Below are positions 23,340 through 36,573 of a stretch of 64,000 bases of DNA, piece after piece; position 1 is the first letter of the stretch, and every line of letters starts with the position of its first letter. A program made the translations under genes and the position numbers. The DNA comes from Octopus bimaculoides (taxonomy: Eukaryota): contig NC_068985.1 of the NCBI RefSeq assembly GCF_001194135.2, positions 32,687,934-32,751,933 on the forward strand, written 5' to 3'. A model generated the notes under the pieces. That model saw only the letters and a list, made by a program, of their open reading frames with translations, was not told the origin of the DNA and did not search any database.

Positions 23340-24530
23340 CTTATATATAGGTAGGTGGTTTGTTGAAATTTACAAAAAAACAAAAGATGAAGACAGGTGT
23401 ATAGATAACAAACAGGTGTATTAGTTTAACACTTGGGAAGGTGAGAAAGTCTTTTACATTTCGAGCCTATGCTCTTCAACAGAGAGGAGCATGAGGAAAT
23501 AAACAGAGAATAAAAAACTTTTGGAGCTAGCAGTCAATCATGGCAGCTGGCTGGACAATGGTAGTTAGACAGGAGAGCTAGGAAGAAGGAGAGATAAAGT
23601 ATTGGTGATCCCAAAACAAAGGTGCGTGTACATGTGTATGTGAGAGTGTGTAAGTGTGAGTAGGGGCTGGTGACTGACGTGTTGATGTGTGTGGGTGTGT
23701 GGATGATGGTGTGGATGCTGGTCAGTGGTCANNNNNNNNNNNNNNNNNNNNNNNNNNNNNNNNNNNNNNNNNNNNNNNNNNNNNNNNNNNNNNNNNNNNN
23801 NNNNNNNNNNNNNNNNNNNNNNNNNNNNNNNNNNNNNNNNNNNNNNNNNNNNNNNNNNNNNNNNNNNNNNNNNNNNNNNNNNNNNNNNNNNNNNNNNNNN
23901 NNNNNNNNNNNNNNNNNNNNNNNNNNNNNNNNNNNNNNNNNNNNNNNNNNNNNNNNNNNNNNNNNNNNNNNNNNNNNNNNNNNNNNNNNNNNNNNNNNNN
24001 NNNNNNNNNNNNNNNNNNNNNNNNNNNNNNNNNNNNNNNNNNNNNNNNNNNNNCAATCCAAACACAGACAGGTGTTGTAATGAATGACCAGTAGAGCGGA
24101 AATGGCGCGAGACTGGGGTGTTGTTGCCAAGTCTAATGTCTCGGAAGTGCTCTGCGAACCAGTTAGCCAAGCAGCGTCCCATTTGACCGATGTACAGAGA
24201 AGGAGAGATAGAGCAAGAGATGCAATGAATGATATTGCTAGAAGTGCATGCAAAGAAGTCAGTGATATGATAGTGACAATGATGGGTGCCTGTGAGGATG
24301 GTGGTGTTGGAGAGGTAGGGGCAAGTGCAGCAGGGGAACAAGCCAGGTTGGGAGGTGGAGTTAGGGAAGAAGCTGTGGACCAGGAGGTCACATAGGTTGT
24401 GGGCTTGCTTGGAGGGGACGGGTAGGTTGGGGAAGATGTGTGAAGTGGAGGGGTCAGACTGGAGTCGCTGGAAGGCTTGTAGAATGGTGTGTTGGAGGGG
24501 TGGTAGGTGAGGGAGATGGGGGTACATTTA
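23340..24530 (-). mobile_element. Penelope-like element (GIY-YIG endonuclease and pLTR with a mutated hammerhead) in MRPS7 intron 3, spanning a gap
   Basis: FACTSSNIIHCISCSISPSLYIGQMGRCLANWFAEH...PVSRHF; minus-strand CTGTTGAAGAGCATAGGCTCGAAA at ~23459-23482. Confidence 0.85.
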
Positions 24531-24629
24531 CTCCCAATAGCGGCAAGAATTTTAATATGTTTGAATGAGGATAGGTTAAAGCAAGAACAACTGATGTGAC
24601 ATGTCTGTTATCAAGCGATCACTAAACGT

Positions 24630-27437
24630 TCTTTCCATGTGCCGAATACCATCACTCCTTCCCATGTTCCCTCCTGCTTCCCTTTCCCAGTTTTCAGAGT
24701 TGGTACTGTCAGTGTAGGCACATTGAAAGGTATGTCTAGCAAGATTGTTGAGATGCTTGAATGGAAGTGTGTTGATACATGCTGCATTCAAGAGGTAAGG
24801 TGGAGGGGAGCTTCAGCCAGGTTCTTCACAGGCAAGACATATAGGTATAAAATCTTCTGGGAAGGTAACAGTGACGGGGTAATTGGTGTGGGCATACTTC
24901 TTGCTGAGAAATGGGTGGGTAAGGCCATAGTGGTAGTCAGTGTGCAATAGGGTGCTTAAGCTCAGGCTAGTCTTGCAGAATAGTATCTGCCTACATCCCA
25001 CAAGTGGGCCTACCTAATGAACAGAAGGACCACTTTTATGATATTCTTCTGCAGGCTACCTCAAAGACGAGTGACAATGATCTCATCTTTGTGGTTGGGG
25101 ATTTCAATGGGCGTGTCGGATGGCAGACTGGTATCTTCCACGGTGTCCAAGGGGGCCATGGAATTGGTTCCTGAAATGAAGAGGGAACAATGCTACTGGA
25201 GTTCTATGATGCAAATAACCTATTGATGTACAACACCAACTTCAGGAAGCCAGCCAGCCACCTGATAACCTACCAATCGGGTGACTGTGCAAGCAAGATC
25301 GATTACATTCTCACCAGACTGTGGGATGCGTGGTTGCTCTTAAATACAAAAATACTCCCTGGTGAAGAATGTACCCCACCAGCATAGACAAGTCATTAGT
25401 GATTTTAAACTCGAGGCCAGAAGGATGTTGAGAAGCAGTCCAATCTGGAAAAGAAGGATTTGGAAGTTTAAAGACCATTTATATGGTCAGAGATTTAGGG
25501 ACATCTTAATTGAGAAATTTGATGAGAGGGAGGAGGAACTACAGACTTGCGACATAGAGGGCAACTGGGAATTCCTGCGGGATAGCTTGCTGAGTGCCAC
25601 AGACCAAATCTGTAGCTGGTGCAAAGTCCCGTCCAGACCTAGNNNNNNNNNNGGACATCTTAATTGAGAAATTTGATGAGAGGGAGGAGGAACTACAGAC
25701 TTGCGACATAGAGGGCAACTGGGAATTCCTGCGGGATAGCTTGCTGAGTGCCACAGACCAAATCTGTAGCTGGTGCAAAGTCCCGTCCAGACCTAGGGTA
25801 ACATAGTGGTGGAACAGTGTGGTAGACAAGGCCATTAGAGCAAAGAAACAGGTCTGGAAGAGTGGGGGTAGCAGGGAACTGTATCAGATAGTCAGAAGGG
25901 AAGTTAAGAGACAGGTATATCTAGCCAAGGAAGAAGCAGAAAAGTTTGCCTATGTTCAGTGATGTGAGGACCAAAGAACTGAAGTGTTTCAGATTGCAAG
26001 ACAGGTGTGAAAGAAAATTGTGATGTCATAGGAGAGAAATGTGTCCGCATGGATGATGGTGCATTTGCATTTAATGATTCTGTAAAGAAAGAGGCTTGGA
26101 AATGCCGTTATGAAAGACTACTGAACGTGAAGAATGAATGGGAGGAGGAGTGTCTGGCAAATGTTGACCCAATTGAGGGATCAGCTACCCAAATTGACAG
26201 TTCCTTGGTAGATAAAGCAATTAAGGATATGAAATCGGAAGCCCCCCCTCCCCAATCCATCAGGAATCACTGCTGAGATGCTTAAAATATCTGGCAGTTG
26301 GGTTATGGTCTAGTCACTCATATTGTAAATCAGGTGGTTCACGACGAGTCATATCCAATGATTGGTGTAGTAGCACCATAGTCAATTGCTACCAAGGTAA
26401 AGTTGATGCCTGAAAAATAATTACAGAGGTATCAAATTGTTAGATCAGGTGATGAAAGTTACGGAGAGAGTCATAGCCCAACTAATTAGGAAGAGAGTTA
26501 GACTAGATGAGATATAACTTGGTTTTGTACCAGAGAGAAGCACCACTGATGCTATATTTCTGGTAAAGCAGCTGCAGGAGAAATACATAGCCAAAGATAT
26601 ACCTCTGTACCTGGCCTTTGTTGACTTTGACAGGGTTCTCTGATCTCTTATCTGGTGGTCAATGTGGAACCTAGGGATAGACAAGTGGTTGGTGAGAGCT
26701 GTACAAGCCCTGTACAGGGATGCTACCAGTAAGGTGAGGGTTGGCAATGAGTATAGCGAAGAATTCAGGGTGCAAGTAGGGGTTCACCAAAGATCAGTGC
26801 TCGGCCCCATCTTGTTCATCAAGTCCTCCAGACAATAACGGGAATTTTAGACAGGCTGCCCCTGGGAGCTCCGCTAAGCTGATGACCTTACTCTGAATTA
26901 CTACCAGAACTAGAGAAGTTCTAGGTATGGAAGCAAGGTCTAGAATCAAAGGGCCTTAGAATTAACCTAGCAAAAACCAAAGTCTTAGTAAGTAGGATGG
27001 GAGACAAATCACAAATCCCTTCAGATAAATGGCCCTGCTCGATCTGTAGAAAAGGTGTAGTTAGAAACTCCATAAGATGCACCTGATGTAAGCTTTGGAC
27101 ACATAAAAGGTGCAGCAATATCAGAGGATTGTTAACAGGGAAGCTAGTTTTTGTGTGTGGAAGATACGCAGGTAAAATAAACGCAGAAAATAGTCTCCAT
27201 TAACTACCAGGAGGGCAAGCTAGAAGTAGTAGAAAGCTTTTATTATCTAGGTGACCAAGTTAGTGGAGGTGGATGCTCCAAGAGCATAACTCTGAGAATA
27301 AAATTAAGCTGGGCAAAGTTCAGAGAGCTCCTATCTCTGCTGGTAACAAAGGGCCTCTCTCTCTGAGTGAAAGACAGATTGTATGATTCTTATGTGTGAA
27401 CAGCTATGCTACATGGCAGTGAAACATGGTCTGTGAT
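24630..27437 (+). mobile_element. RTE-type LINE, degenerate, in MRPS7 intron 3
   Basis: APE motifs (FRVGTVSVGTLKG, CCIQEVRWRG) and RT region collinear with the 10690-12880 copy. Confidence 0.92.
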
Positions 27438-27804
27438 CTTAAAATGGAGCAAAAATCAATATTTGGCATTTAATAGCTGTATCTGTATGTTTGTATTTAT
27501 GTAAATGTATTTACGTGTCTTGATATATCAGGTGGGTGCTCATCATATGAATGTGCATGTATGTAGCAGTTACCCAGAATTTACATTTGACAATGTAAAA
27601 AACCCCCACATATATGTAATGTTGGACTATTGACTACCTTATTATGAGCTCAAATCTACAAGTTTCCTAATAGTTAAGGCAAAAAGTACATCAATTTGTA
27701 AATATACTATCTCAGACAATATACACATGTTTAAATGTGCAAAAAAAACTACCCCTCTTATGTCAGCATAGGAAAATGGATTAAAAAATGTAAATTTATT
27801 TTAG

Positions 27805-27972
27805 ATGTTGGAGAGCATAAAAATATCCCAGTTAGAAAAATATCATAAAGCCTCAGACGAAGTAAAAACTGAAATTGAGTTAAACCCAGTTACAATATTT
27901 CATGAAGCCCTTGAAAATTGCAAACCAGTTCTATATCTAATGAAGGTGCACAAAGGTGGTGTTCGATATAAT
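27805..27972 (+). CDS. MRPS7: Mitochondrial ribosomal protein S7, exon 4
   Basis: ttttag|ATG...AAT|gtaagt; QLEKYHKASDEVKTEIELNPVTIFHEALENCKP...KGGVRYN matches human [33 protein letters not shown]...KGGRFYQ. Confidence 0.97.
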
Positions 27973-29510
27973 GTAAGTATAAAGACAGTTTATCCTTCTT
28001 TGATTACTTTGTTAAGATTTTATCTAAACATAGTTATATGTTAAATATTAGAGATATTTTGCAAATTCTTATTGTACGTATCTTATTACAAGGCTTCTTG
28101 ATCACTTTTAGGGCCGACCAGTTTCACTCCCCATCCTCACTATGTTTTTGAAACATAAAATATTGTGTATGGGGATAGAAATGGCTTTACTTTACAATGG
28201 TTTATATTCTGCATCAAATATGGGCTTACTTTAACAAACTACTTTATGATCTGTATTTACATAATAGCTATCTATGAAAATAAGACTAGGTTCTGCCATT
28301 CTTTTATTTTATATGAATATTTTCTAGAAACATGTTAGCTGAAGATCTTGAAATATGAACAGTTTTTGCAACTATAACATTGTCAAGGTTTTTATGTACT
28401 ATTGTTGTAGCTTAAAACAGTTATTAATTTGGAATGTATCATTTCAATGCAAAGGTTAGAAGCTTTTATAATAATCGCTTTTCAGAACTGATAAGCTGTT
28501 TAGTCTGTCCACCCAAGCCCTCCTACTCTTGTCATTTGGTAGGATCAGAAAATGTTGGCCAATATAATAATGTATGGTATTTGGCTATGTACCTTTACAT
28601 TCTTAGTACAAACTGCCTTTGCTCCTTTTGAGGTTGATAAAATATTTAGTTATATGCTGTTTATACAGTACCAGCTGCCGAGACTTGAAAGTAAAATCCC
28701 AACATGGCCAAAAAGTTCAATAGCTGAAACCAATGAAAGAATAAGATAATTGTTATTGTTTCACTCTCAATTCCCTTGCTGAATCATGAATTGTAGCCAA
28801 CTTCTCTTTGCTTTTTTACTGTTCAGGAGTTTGGGTTGATCAGTAATCATATCAGATAGGTTTTACAAATGTTATGGGCTACATATCTCCTTAGACTAAA
28901 TTAAAAAAATCATTGACCACAGAGTATGGTCATGTTATGAGTGAGTAGAATAACACATAAATATTTGAAAGTATCAGGATTGTATGATTTGTTGGTTATA
29001 TTGTAAACGTAGAAAGAGCAGGTTGTTGTTTAGACACAACATATATGCATACAGGCAAAACAGTACAAAGGTTGATGTATTACTTGATCTGTTAGAGCAT
29101 GGCTTTATTTCTCTTTCAAATTTAAACTAATTTCATTCAGATTAATACCATCCAGATATTTGTGCAAACGAAATTAGATTTGATAATGTATTAGAAGATT
29201 AACAAATATATAATTTAAAATAAAAGAAAGTTTAAACTTTTCAAGAGCTCCATGATAGAGCTTGATTTTTTATGAGAGAAAATCTGTATCCTGTTATTTA
29301 TTCAGTAGACTCTATTTTTACTGTTAAATAGGGAGAAACTTTACTATCTTGTGATATCATTCTATTTTATTATTTTGGTGTGTCTCTGTTATTTACTGCT
29401 ACCTTGCTGTTATCTCTTTGCTGCTCATAACACTTATTGAACTGTCTTGGACAAGTTAGTAGCAATCTATTTGAGTTGATTCAATGTCTGTTTTTGTGAA
29501 ACAATTTTAG

Positions 29511-29648
29511 GTCCCAGTATGCTGTCCTCCAAAAAGGCAGACATTTCTGGCAATGAAATGGTTGGTCCAGAATTGTCGTGATAAAGAGTGGAAAGCGAAG
29601 ATGTCAAATAAGTTATCTATAGAAATCTTAGCTGCTTATAATTATGAG
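29511..29648 (+). CDS. MRPS7: Mitochondrial ribosomal protein S7, exon 5
   Basis: ttttag|GTC...GAG|gtatgt; VPVCCPPKRQTFLAMKWLVQNCRDK matches human [25 protein letters not shown]. Confidence 0.97.
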
Positions 29649-29989
29649 GTATGTCATACTTATTTTAATTTTTTTCTATTTGTTTAACTAAGTAAAATTT
29701 AAATAAGCTAGATTAATTGCAAGAAAATATAATTAAGAAAACATCAGCTAAGGTAATTCAGCCAATCATCCATGTTATTTATTTCCTTTAGTTCATTTTA
29801 TTTTTCATTATGTAAATTATATTAGGCTAAAAGTACTTGTAACTCTTTCTATTTATAAAAATTTAATCAAATCAAATGATTTTCAGGTTTGATTATACTG
29901 TGCTGATGAGGTCTAATAGACCAAAGCATGCTCATAGTTGTCTCTTGTTTGCAAAAGGATAAGGCTGTCCTTTCTTGATATTTGTAAAT

Positions 29990-30215
29990 TAACTCAAGAA
30001 TTTAATTCTTAAATTCTTGAAATTATACTAAGGCAAAATTGTTTGCTCACTGGGCAAAATACTTAGCTGCATTTCGCCCGTTTTTACATTCTAAGTTCAA
30101 ATTCCAATGGGGCTGACTTTGCTTTCATAAGTACCAGTCAATCACGCATTGGTGTAATCGATTTATCCCCTGCACCGAACTTTCTGGCCTTGTGCTAAAA
30201 TTTAAAACTAATTCT
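29990..30215 (+). mobile_element. SINE copy in MRPS7 intron 5
   Basis: aaatacttagc...gttcaaattcc...gactttgctttc...aagtaccagt, same family as 6.7-8.1 kb. Confidence 0.65.
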
Positions 30216-30910
30216 TGAAATTATCTGTCCTTCACTTTGAGTGTTGCTAACAATTGCTGCCAGATTTTTTGATTTCTTTTCCCCAAGAAGGAAATTTCAA
30301 TTAAGAATATTTTTGTGTTTGGTGTTCAGTGCCTATCTTCTAAGTTAATAAAATATATGTTTACTTCCTTTTCTAATTGCTTTAATCTTTCTTAATAGCA
30401 GTAACACTGATTTTATAAAACTGTTTTACTTCCGTTTTATCACTGGTAAAAATGAATGTAAATTATTTAGTTACTTGTTGCAAGTATTTGTTTAGTGGGG
30501 TTACTTCCCTTGTCTGAAATACATAGTTATGTGCCTTGCTTTGGGATACTATAAAAGAATTACAAAGATTTGAATTCATAGCAATGCATCTTAGTGTCAT
30601 GCCACTTTCACTCAATATCAACAGTTTCTTTAATAAGATTTACAAAGACTGGAGTTCTAAGCTTTAATATATTAAAGCTTAAAAGAAACATTTTTTTCTC
30701 TTTTTTTAAATAAGTTTAGGCCCTCCTAAACTGGTAAATTGTTATGGTTGATCTCAACCTGAATATCTGTGAGAAAAATGTCATTGGAGAAGGAACCTGA
30801 GACTTAGTCTAAATGTTTGCAACAGGTGATGGTGTTAGGAGTATGAAGGAAAGTGTAAAGAAAATCAAGTTCTTTATAAGAAGTTTATGTATGTCTTTCT
30901 GATTTTATAG

Positions 30911-30988
30911 GGACGGACGATACTGAAGAAACAAGAACTTCACCGGCAATGTGAAGCCAATAAAGCATATGCTCATTTCCGTTGGTAA
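30911..30988 (+). CDS. MRPS7: Mitochondrial ribosomal protein S7, exon 6 (terminal)
   Basis: ttatag|GGA...TGG TAA; GRTILKKQELHRQCEANKAYAHFRW* is the conserved uS7 C-terminus. Joined CDS is 699 nt, 232 aa. Confidence 0.97.
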   Translation, partial: GRTILKKQELHRQCEANKAYAHFRW

Positions 30989-31605
30989 AGAAAAACAAGG
31001 CAAAATTGAATTGTCCATCTAATTTACTGTGTTAAATATACAGTAGTTTGAAGTAACTACAATACACCAAGAGGAAACGTCTATGGACTGTTCACATATC
31101 AGCTGATGATAATTCATAAAATGAATATTCTGAAAAGACTAGCAGTAGATGTGAATGCATATACATATGTGCATGGTATGCTGAAGGAAAAGCAGCACTG
31201 AGACAGAAAGCTTGTGTCCTGTCAAAGGTTCTGATTTGATGTACAGCTATTTGATAAAGAAATTTAAATAACTGTAGAGTGAGAAAAAAAAATGTTGTTT
31301 GTAAATTATATTATGTAAATATACTGGTAATTAGATAAATATTTTTAGTATTATTTGTTTCGAAACCTGATTTTATTTCTTTATATATTTTTTTAAGGTC
31401 AGTGGCATAACCAGTTGAGTACTGGATAAAATACTTTGTGATAATTAGTTTACTAGGGGTTAACTTAATTTTTCATTCTTCCTAACTAGTCAAGTTAATT
31501 AATTGTACCCTCCTAACATAAGTGTTTTCTCTGAAATTTTATTTCACATTTTTTTAAAAATAACAACTAGATAATTTTACAAATTTAGTTGGCATGAATT
31601 GTTTG

Positions 31606-31611
31606 AATAAA
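31606..31611 (+). promoter_or_regulatory. Candidate polyadenylation signal for MRPS7
   Basis: AATAAA followed by a T-rich tract, ~620 nt after the stop; position alone, not unique evidence. Confidence 0.3.
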
Positions 31612-31989
31612 TTTGATTTTTTTTTTTTCTCTCTGGTACAACTATAAAGTGATTTATGCTCCTGTAACTGTTTAGGAGGAAATAGAACAAAAAAATTATG
31701 ACCTAGAAAAATAGGAAAAAATGCCCGACTTAAAAGAAAAGATCAAAGAGTAATGTGAGTATAATTGGTAACAACAGAATTGCTTGAATCTCAAGGGTAA
31801 TGGTTAAATATTCTGTAGTACTTTTGTACCTTTATGTTCTGAATTTAAACCTCACTTATCATCTTTGTTTTCATCCTGAGAGTGGATGGAGGGGGTCAAT
31901 ACAATAAAGCACCAGTCAATTACTTGAAAGATTTTGTGTATTTATGCCTTTGTTCATCATCAACTGGTTGAGCTTGACTGGACATTTTT

Positions 31990-32330
31990 AACTCATGCAC
32001 ACCATCCATCTCCGTCCTGCATTAGTTGAGGGAGGTATTCAGTGTCTCTGGTAAGTTGATCTACATTACGTTGTGTTTGGATGACCAGCTCGAGTACAGT
32101 TATGGTTTGGCATCCATAGCAGTAGGTCACTTGCCAACTCTTTTGTTTATTTCACCAACTATGTCCTGCAAAGAGCAAGCACCTTTCCTTTGTAATAGTA
32201 GAAACAGGCAGATCTCCATACAGCTGTTTTTCATGAGATGAGTTCTCCAAGACATGTTTAAGATTGCTCTTAGCTTTTGGGTGTAAGTTCCATCTAGCTT
32301 GAATTCCACTTTTTGGTAAGCTAGTTCCAT
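31990..32330 (-). mobile_element. RTE-like LINE 3' fragment (different subfamily)
   Basis: KLDGTYTQKLRAILNMSWRTH in ORF 32127-32330. Confidence 0.75.
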
Positions 32331-33320
32331 GTGAAATTTGTTTGTAGCTAAAATTAATGATTTTGTGAATTTTTCAAAAATGTACGTCTTTTCTGCCCCA
32401 CTCTGTAAACATCAGCTGTGGTTTAAAAGGTTTAAAGCTAAGAATTGTGACATATCTGACAAGCCTCACTTTGGATAACGACGTACTCTGAAAGATGACT
32501 TTTTGAATGAGACTAATATAATCAGATCTGCGTCAAAGCACTAAAGATTTGGTGCAAAAACTTGATGTATCATGTTCAACTATCCACAAACATCTCATGC
32601 AAAGAGGTAATTTGGGTTCCTCATGAGCTTATGCTTGAGAACCAGACACAATGTTCCACCATCTGCAGGGCATCGTTACAGTTGATGAAAAATGGGTTTT
32701 GCATCACAACAGGTAATGGAAAAGACAAAGGTTATCATGTAATGAGTGGCCAGTGCCAACACCAAAACCAGAACTCCATCCACAAAAATCCTTGCTTTGT
32801 GTTTGCTAGAACACAAAAGTTATCTTCAATTATGAGCTACGGAAACATGGAAGGACCATCAATGCAGATGTCTTTGCCAACAACTTGATTGTGTAAATGA
32901 AAAATTAGGTTGAAAGTAGTCAGCTTTGATAAACAGAAAAGGTGTTATTCTCCAGTATGACATTGTATGACCACACTCTTCAAAACAAGCCCAAGAAAAA
33001 ATAAGAAGAAAATAAGTTCTTGCACATCTTCCATACTTATCTGATGTAGTACTAATGGATTTCCATCAGTTCCAATCACTAGAACATTTTACAAGAGGCA
33101 AAACATTCAGAAAAAAAGAGGAAGTTGAAAACAGTCTTTTAAACTTTTTTCAGGAGGAAAAATAAGTTTCTTTGAGCGTGGCATAAAAAAGTTACTTTCC
33201 CATTGGGCTGTAGTCATTGAAAATGATGGAGATTACATTCCTGACTAAAACTATTTAAATAAACATAGTTTACATTGCTTTACATTCTGGTAAAAAGCAA
33301 TTAATTTCTGAACACCCTAA
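32331..33320 (+). mobile_element. Mariner element, 5'-truncated, same family as 55387-57648
   Basis: VIWVPHELMLENQTQCSTIC; terminal aaaaagcaattaatttctgaacaccctaa|ta matches the TIR at 55387. Confidence 0.85.
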
Positions 33321-33357
33321 TACACACTCACACACACATATATACATAACTGTTGAG

Positions 33358-33720
33358 GACATGCATAGGCTCACAAGGAATGAAGCCAGTATGCTCAGAT
33401 GGATGTGTAATGTCAGTGTGCATACTAGACAGAGTGTAAGTACCTTGAACCTAAGAAGCATCAGCTGTGGTGTGCAAGAGAGACATCTGCGATGGTATGG
33501 GCATGTGGCAAGAATGGATGAGGATAGCTGTGTGAAAAAGTGCCACACCCTAGCAGTTGAGGGAACTTGTGGAAGAGGTAGGCCCAGGAAGACCTGGGAT
33601 GAGGTGGTGAGGCACGACCTTTGAACATTGGGCCTCACCGAGGTAATGACTTCTGACCAAGATCTTTGGAAATATGCTGTGCGTGAGAAGACCTGGCAAG
33701 CCAAGTGAGACCTAAATCCA
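33358..33720 (+). mobile_element. RTE LINE 3' end
   Basis: LRWYGHVARMDEDSCVKKC...GRPRKTWDEVV. Confidence 0.85.
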
Positions 33721-33739
33721 AGGCCTCTGCCAGGATGTT

Positions 33740-34590
33740 TACCTTCCTACGTTGGACACTAAACTCCGCTTGCGAAGACCTGTTGAGGCAAGTGAAATCG
33801 AACTAATTCGACGGATGGCACACATGCCAACGTCGTCTCCNNNNNNNNNNNNNNNNNNNNNNNNNNNNNNNNNNNNNNNNNNNNNNNNNNNNNNNNNNNN
33901 NAGCAAAATCGTGATGGCACCGGTGCCCTGGCACTTGTGCCGGTTGCACGTGTAAGGACATTCAAGCGAGATCGTTGCCAGTGCCGCTGGACTGGCTCTC
34001 GTGCAGGTGGCACGTAAAAGACACCATTTTGAGCGTGGCCGTTGCCAGTACCGCCTGACTGGCCTTCGTGCGGGTGGCACGTAAAAGCACCCACTACACT
34101 CTGAGTGGTTGGTGTTAGGAAGGGCATCTAGCTGTAGAAACTCTGCCAAATCAGATTGGAGCCTGGTGTAACCACCTGGTTCACCAGTCCTCAGTCAAAT
34201 CGTCCAACCCATGCTAGTATGGAAAGCGGACGTTAAACAATGATGATGATATATATATATATATGTATGTATGTATGTATATTGGTGTTTTTCTCCTGTG
34301 TTGGTGGCATGCAATAAGCACCATGCATGCATGGGTTGCCAGTGCCACCTGATTGGCTCCCTGTGCTGGTGGAACAAAAAGCACCATCCAAACATGGTCG
34401 ATGCCAGTGCCGCCTGACTGGCTCCCGTGCTGGTGGCATGTAAAAAGCAGGCATTAGAAAGGGCATCCAGCTGTAGAAACACAGCCAGATCAGATTGGAG
34501 CCTGGTGTGGCCTCCTGGCTTGCCAGTCCCCAGTCAAACCATCCAATCCATACCAGCATGGAAAATGGACGTTAATCGATGATGATGATG
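33740..34590. mobile_element. Tandem SINE-like repeats (family ending ...ccatgctagtatggaaagcggacgttaaa plus (GAT)n)
   Basis: Two similar copies at ~33960-34250 and ~34300-34590; related copies at ~35650-35820 (-) and ~58890-59050. Confidence 0.7.
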
Positions 34591-35603
34591 ATTACAATCC
34601 TGCTAAACTCTTTTGAGATCAAGAGCTATCCCTCTGAACAAGCTATTCATTGATTCCTCCAAAAGGTGTTTGAAGGCTGTCTTGCTATACAATGGAAATA
34701 AATATTCATCCATTCCAGTGGCACATTCTGTAAAACTAAAGGAGACATATGAAAATCTAAAAAACTTTTGTTAAATATAAAGTATGCAGAATATCACTGG
34801 CAAGAATGTGGAGATTTCAAAATTATAGGCATGTTTTTAGGCCAGTGGGCAGGCTACTCATAAATGCATGTTTCTTACAGGAATGGGACAGCAGAGCTAA
34901 AGAAAAGCACTGGATGGATAAAAACTGGCCACAAAAGAGAAGTTTGTTACCTGGATTTGAAAACATTTTGCTTAAGCCTTCGATTGAACTGGCAAAAGTA
35001 GTGTTACCAACTTTGCACATCAAACTGAGTTTGATGAATCGGTTCATAAAATCTTTGCCTACAGATGGACCATGTTTGCAGTATCTCTCAAAAAAATTCT
35101 CAAAATAACCAATGAGAAAATTAAAGCAGAAATAGTTGTTGGTCCAGATTATGAGAAATCCATGAATGAATCTCAAAAGCAGGCATGGGTGAGCTTCAAG
35201 TGTGTTGTCAAAAACTTTTTGGGAAACAATAAGTGTTCAAATTATAAAATCATAGTTGATACCATGTTGCAAAACTTCAAAAAGTTTGGGTGCAGCAAGT
35301 GTGTTAAAATGCACTTTCTTTACTCACACCTCGACTATTTCCCAGTGGACCTTGGCAATCTAAGTGAAGAGCGTGGTGAGAGATTTCACTAAGACACCAA
35401 AGAAATGGAGTGGAGGTACCAGGGGAGGTGGAATGTAAATATGATGGTGGATTACTGCTGGACTCTAAGGAGAGACTGCAAGTAACTATCGAAAGCTGGA
35501 AAGAAATTAAAGAAAAGGAAGTTTGGAAAGGAGTAAAATTACTTTAAAACCATGGTAAGTGCATTAAAAATATATATTTACTTAATATGTAAGCCTACAT
35601 ACA

Positions 35604-35650
<47 letters not shown>

Positions 35651-36065
35651 TTAACATCCGCTTTCCATGCTAGCATGGGTTGGACATTTTGACTGAGGAC
35701 TGACAAACCAGATGGCTGCACTAGGCTCCAGTCTGATCTGGCAAAGTTTCTACAGCTGGATGCCCTTCCTAACACCAACCGCTCCAAGAATGTAGTGAGT
35801 GCTTTTACGTGCCAGTCAGGTGGTATTCATATCTTTTTTATTATTATTCTAGTCATTTGATTTTAATTTCATCAGCCTTTTATTTAAAAGTCTGCCACAA
35901 AAGGAAATGAATGACAAAAAAAATCATCATATCTTTGGCAGCTATTTGTTCAAAATCTGTGTGATAGGTAAAAACTAAAAACATATTTGAAATCAGCATT
36001 AAAAAATGGTTCAGAATCATCTACAAGTCGACAATCATCATTTACTTCATTTAAAAATACAGTAT
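34590..36065 (+). mobile_element. Degenerate DNA transposon transposase, probably CMC/Chapaev-3-like
   Basis: LPTLHIKLSLMNRFIK...KMHFLYSHLDYFPVDLGNLSEERGERFH...MEWRYQGRWNVNMMVDYCW; family name assigned from memory of this motif set. Confidence 0.65.
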
Positions 36066-36155
36066 TGTATAATCAGAAATTGAATCTCATTGGCTGTGAG
36101 GTTACAGTACTTAACTACAGCCTTACTTCATTCATTTCATTGTGTGTCTGTCAAG

Positions 36156-36189
<34 letters not shown>

Positions 36190-36573
36190 ATACACACAGA
36201 GTTACACAATTTATTTGATCAAGAATAATTTTATAATGTCTGAAGCAAGTGTATCCTGCTAACTCATGTTACATGTCTACACTCCATAATAGCCAGACCT
36301 AACTGTCACATGAATTATTTTCCAGATAGAAATATGCATATCCAATGGAAAGTTGGTGATAAGAATGTATTTTTCTGTCCTAAAAAAATAGTAACATAAA
36401 TAATTTGTTTACAATGAATGACCTTTTTTGTCAGTGTTTACAATGAACTGTTTATTCTGTTTTTCATTGTTTACAAAGGGACCAACAATTTTATGTCAGC
36501 AAAAATTATATTAATTGAATTGCACTTATTTTTCAGATCTCAATGCAAAAATGTACTTCACAAGCCTCTAATA

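Noticed and set aside
25495-25800. Exact ~140-bp tandem duplication inside the RTE, separated by 10 N
   Set aside because: Identical copies on either side of a 10-N spacer are typical of unmerged contig overlaps; treated as an assembly artefact.
28669-28749. Possible alternative terminal exon in MRPS7 intron 4 (YQLPRLESKIPTWPKSSIAETNERIR*)
   Set aside because: Phase-compatible but with a weak acceptor and no homology; it would delete the conserved uS7 C-terminus.
31100-31145. CUGAUGA...AAA...GAAA hairpin in the MRPS7 3' UTR resembling a hammerhead or SECIS
   Set aside because: Stems I and III of a hammerhead cannot form, the helix is too short and asymmetric for a SECIS, and MRPS7 has no in-frame UGA.
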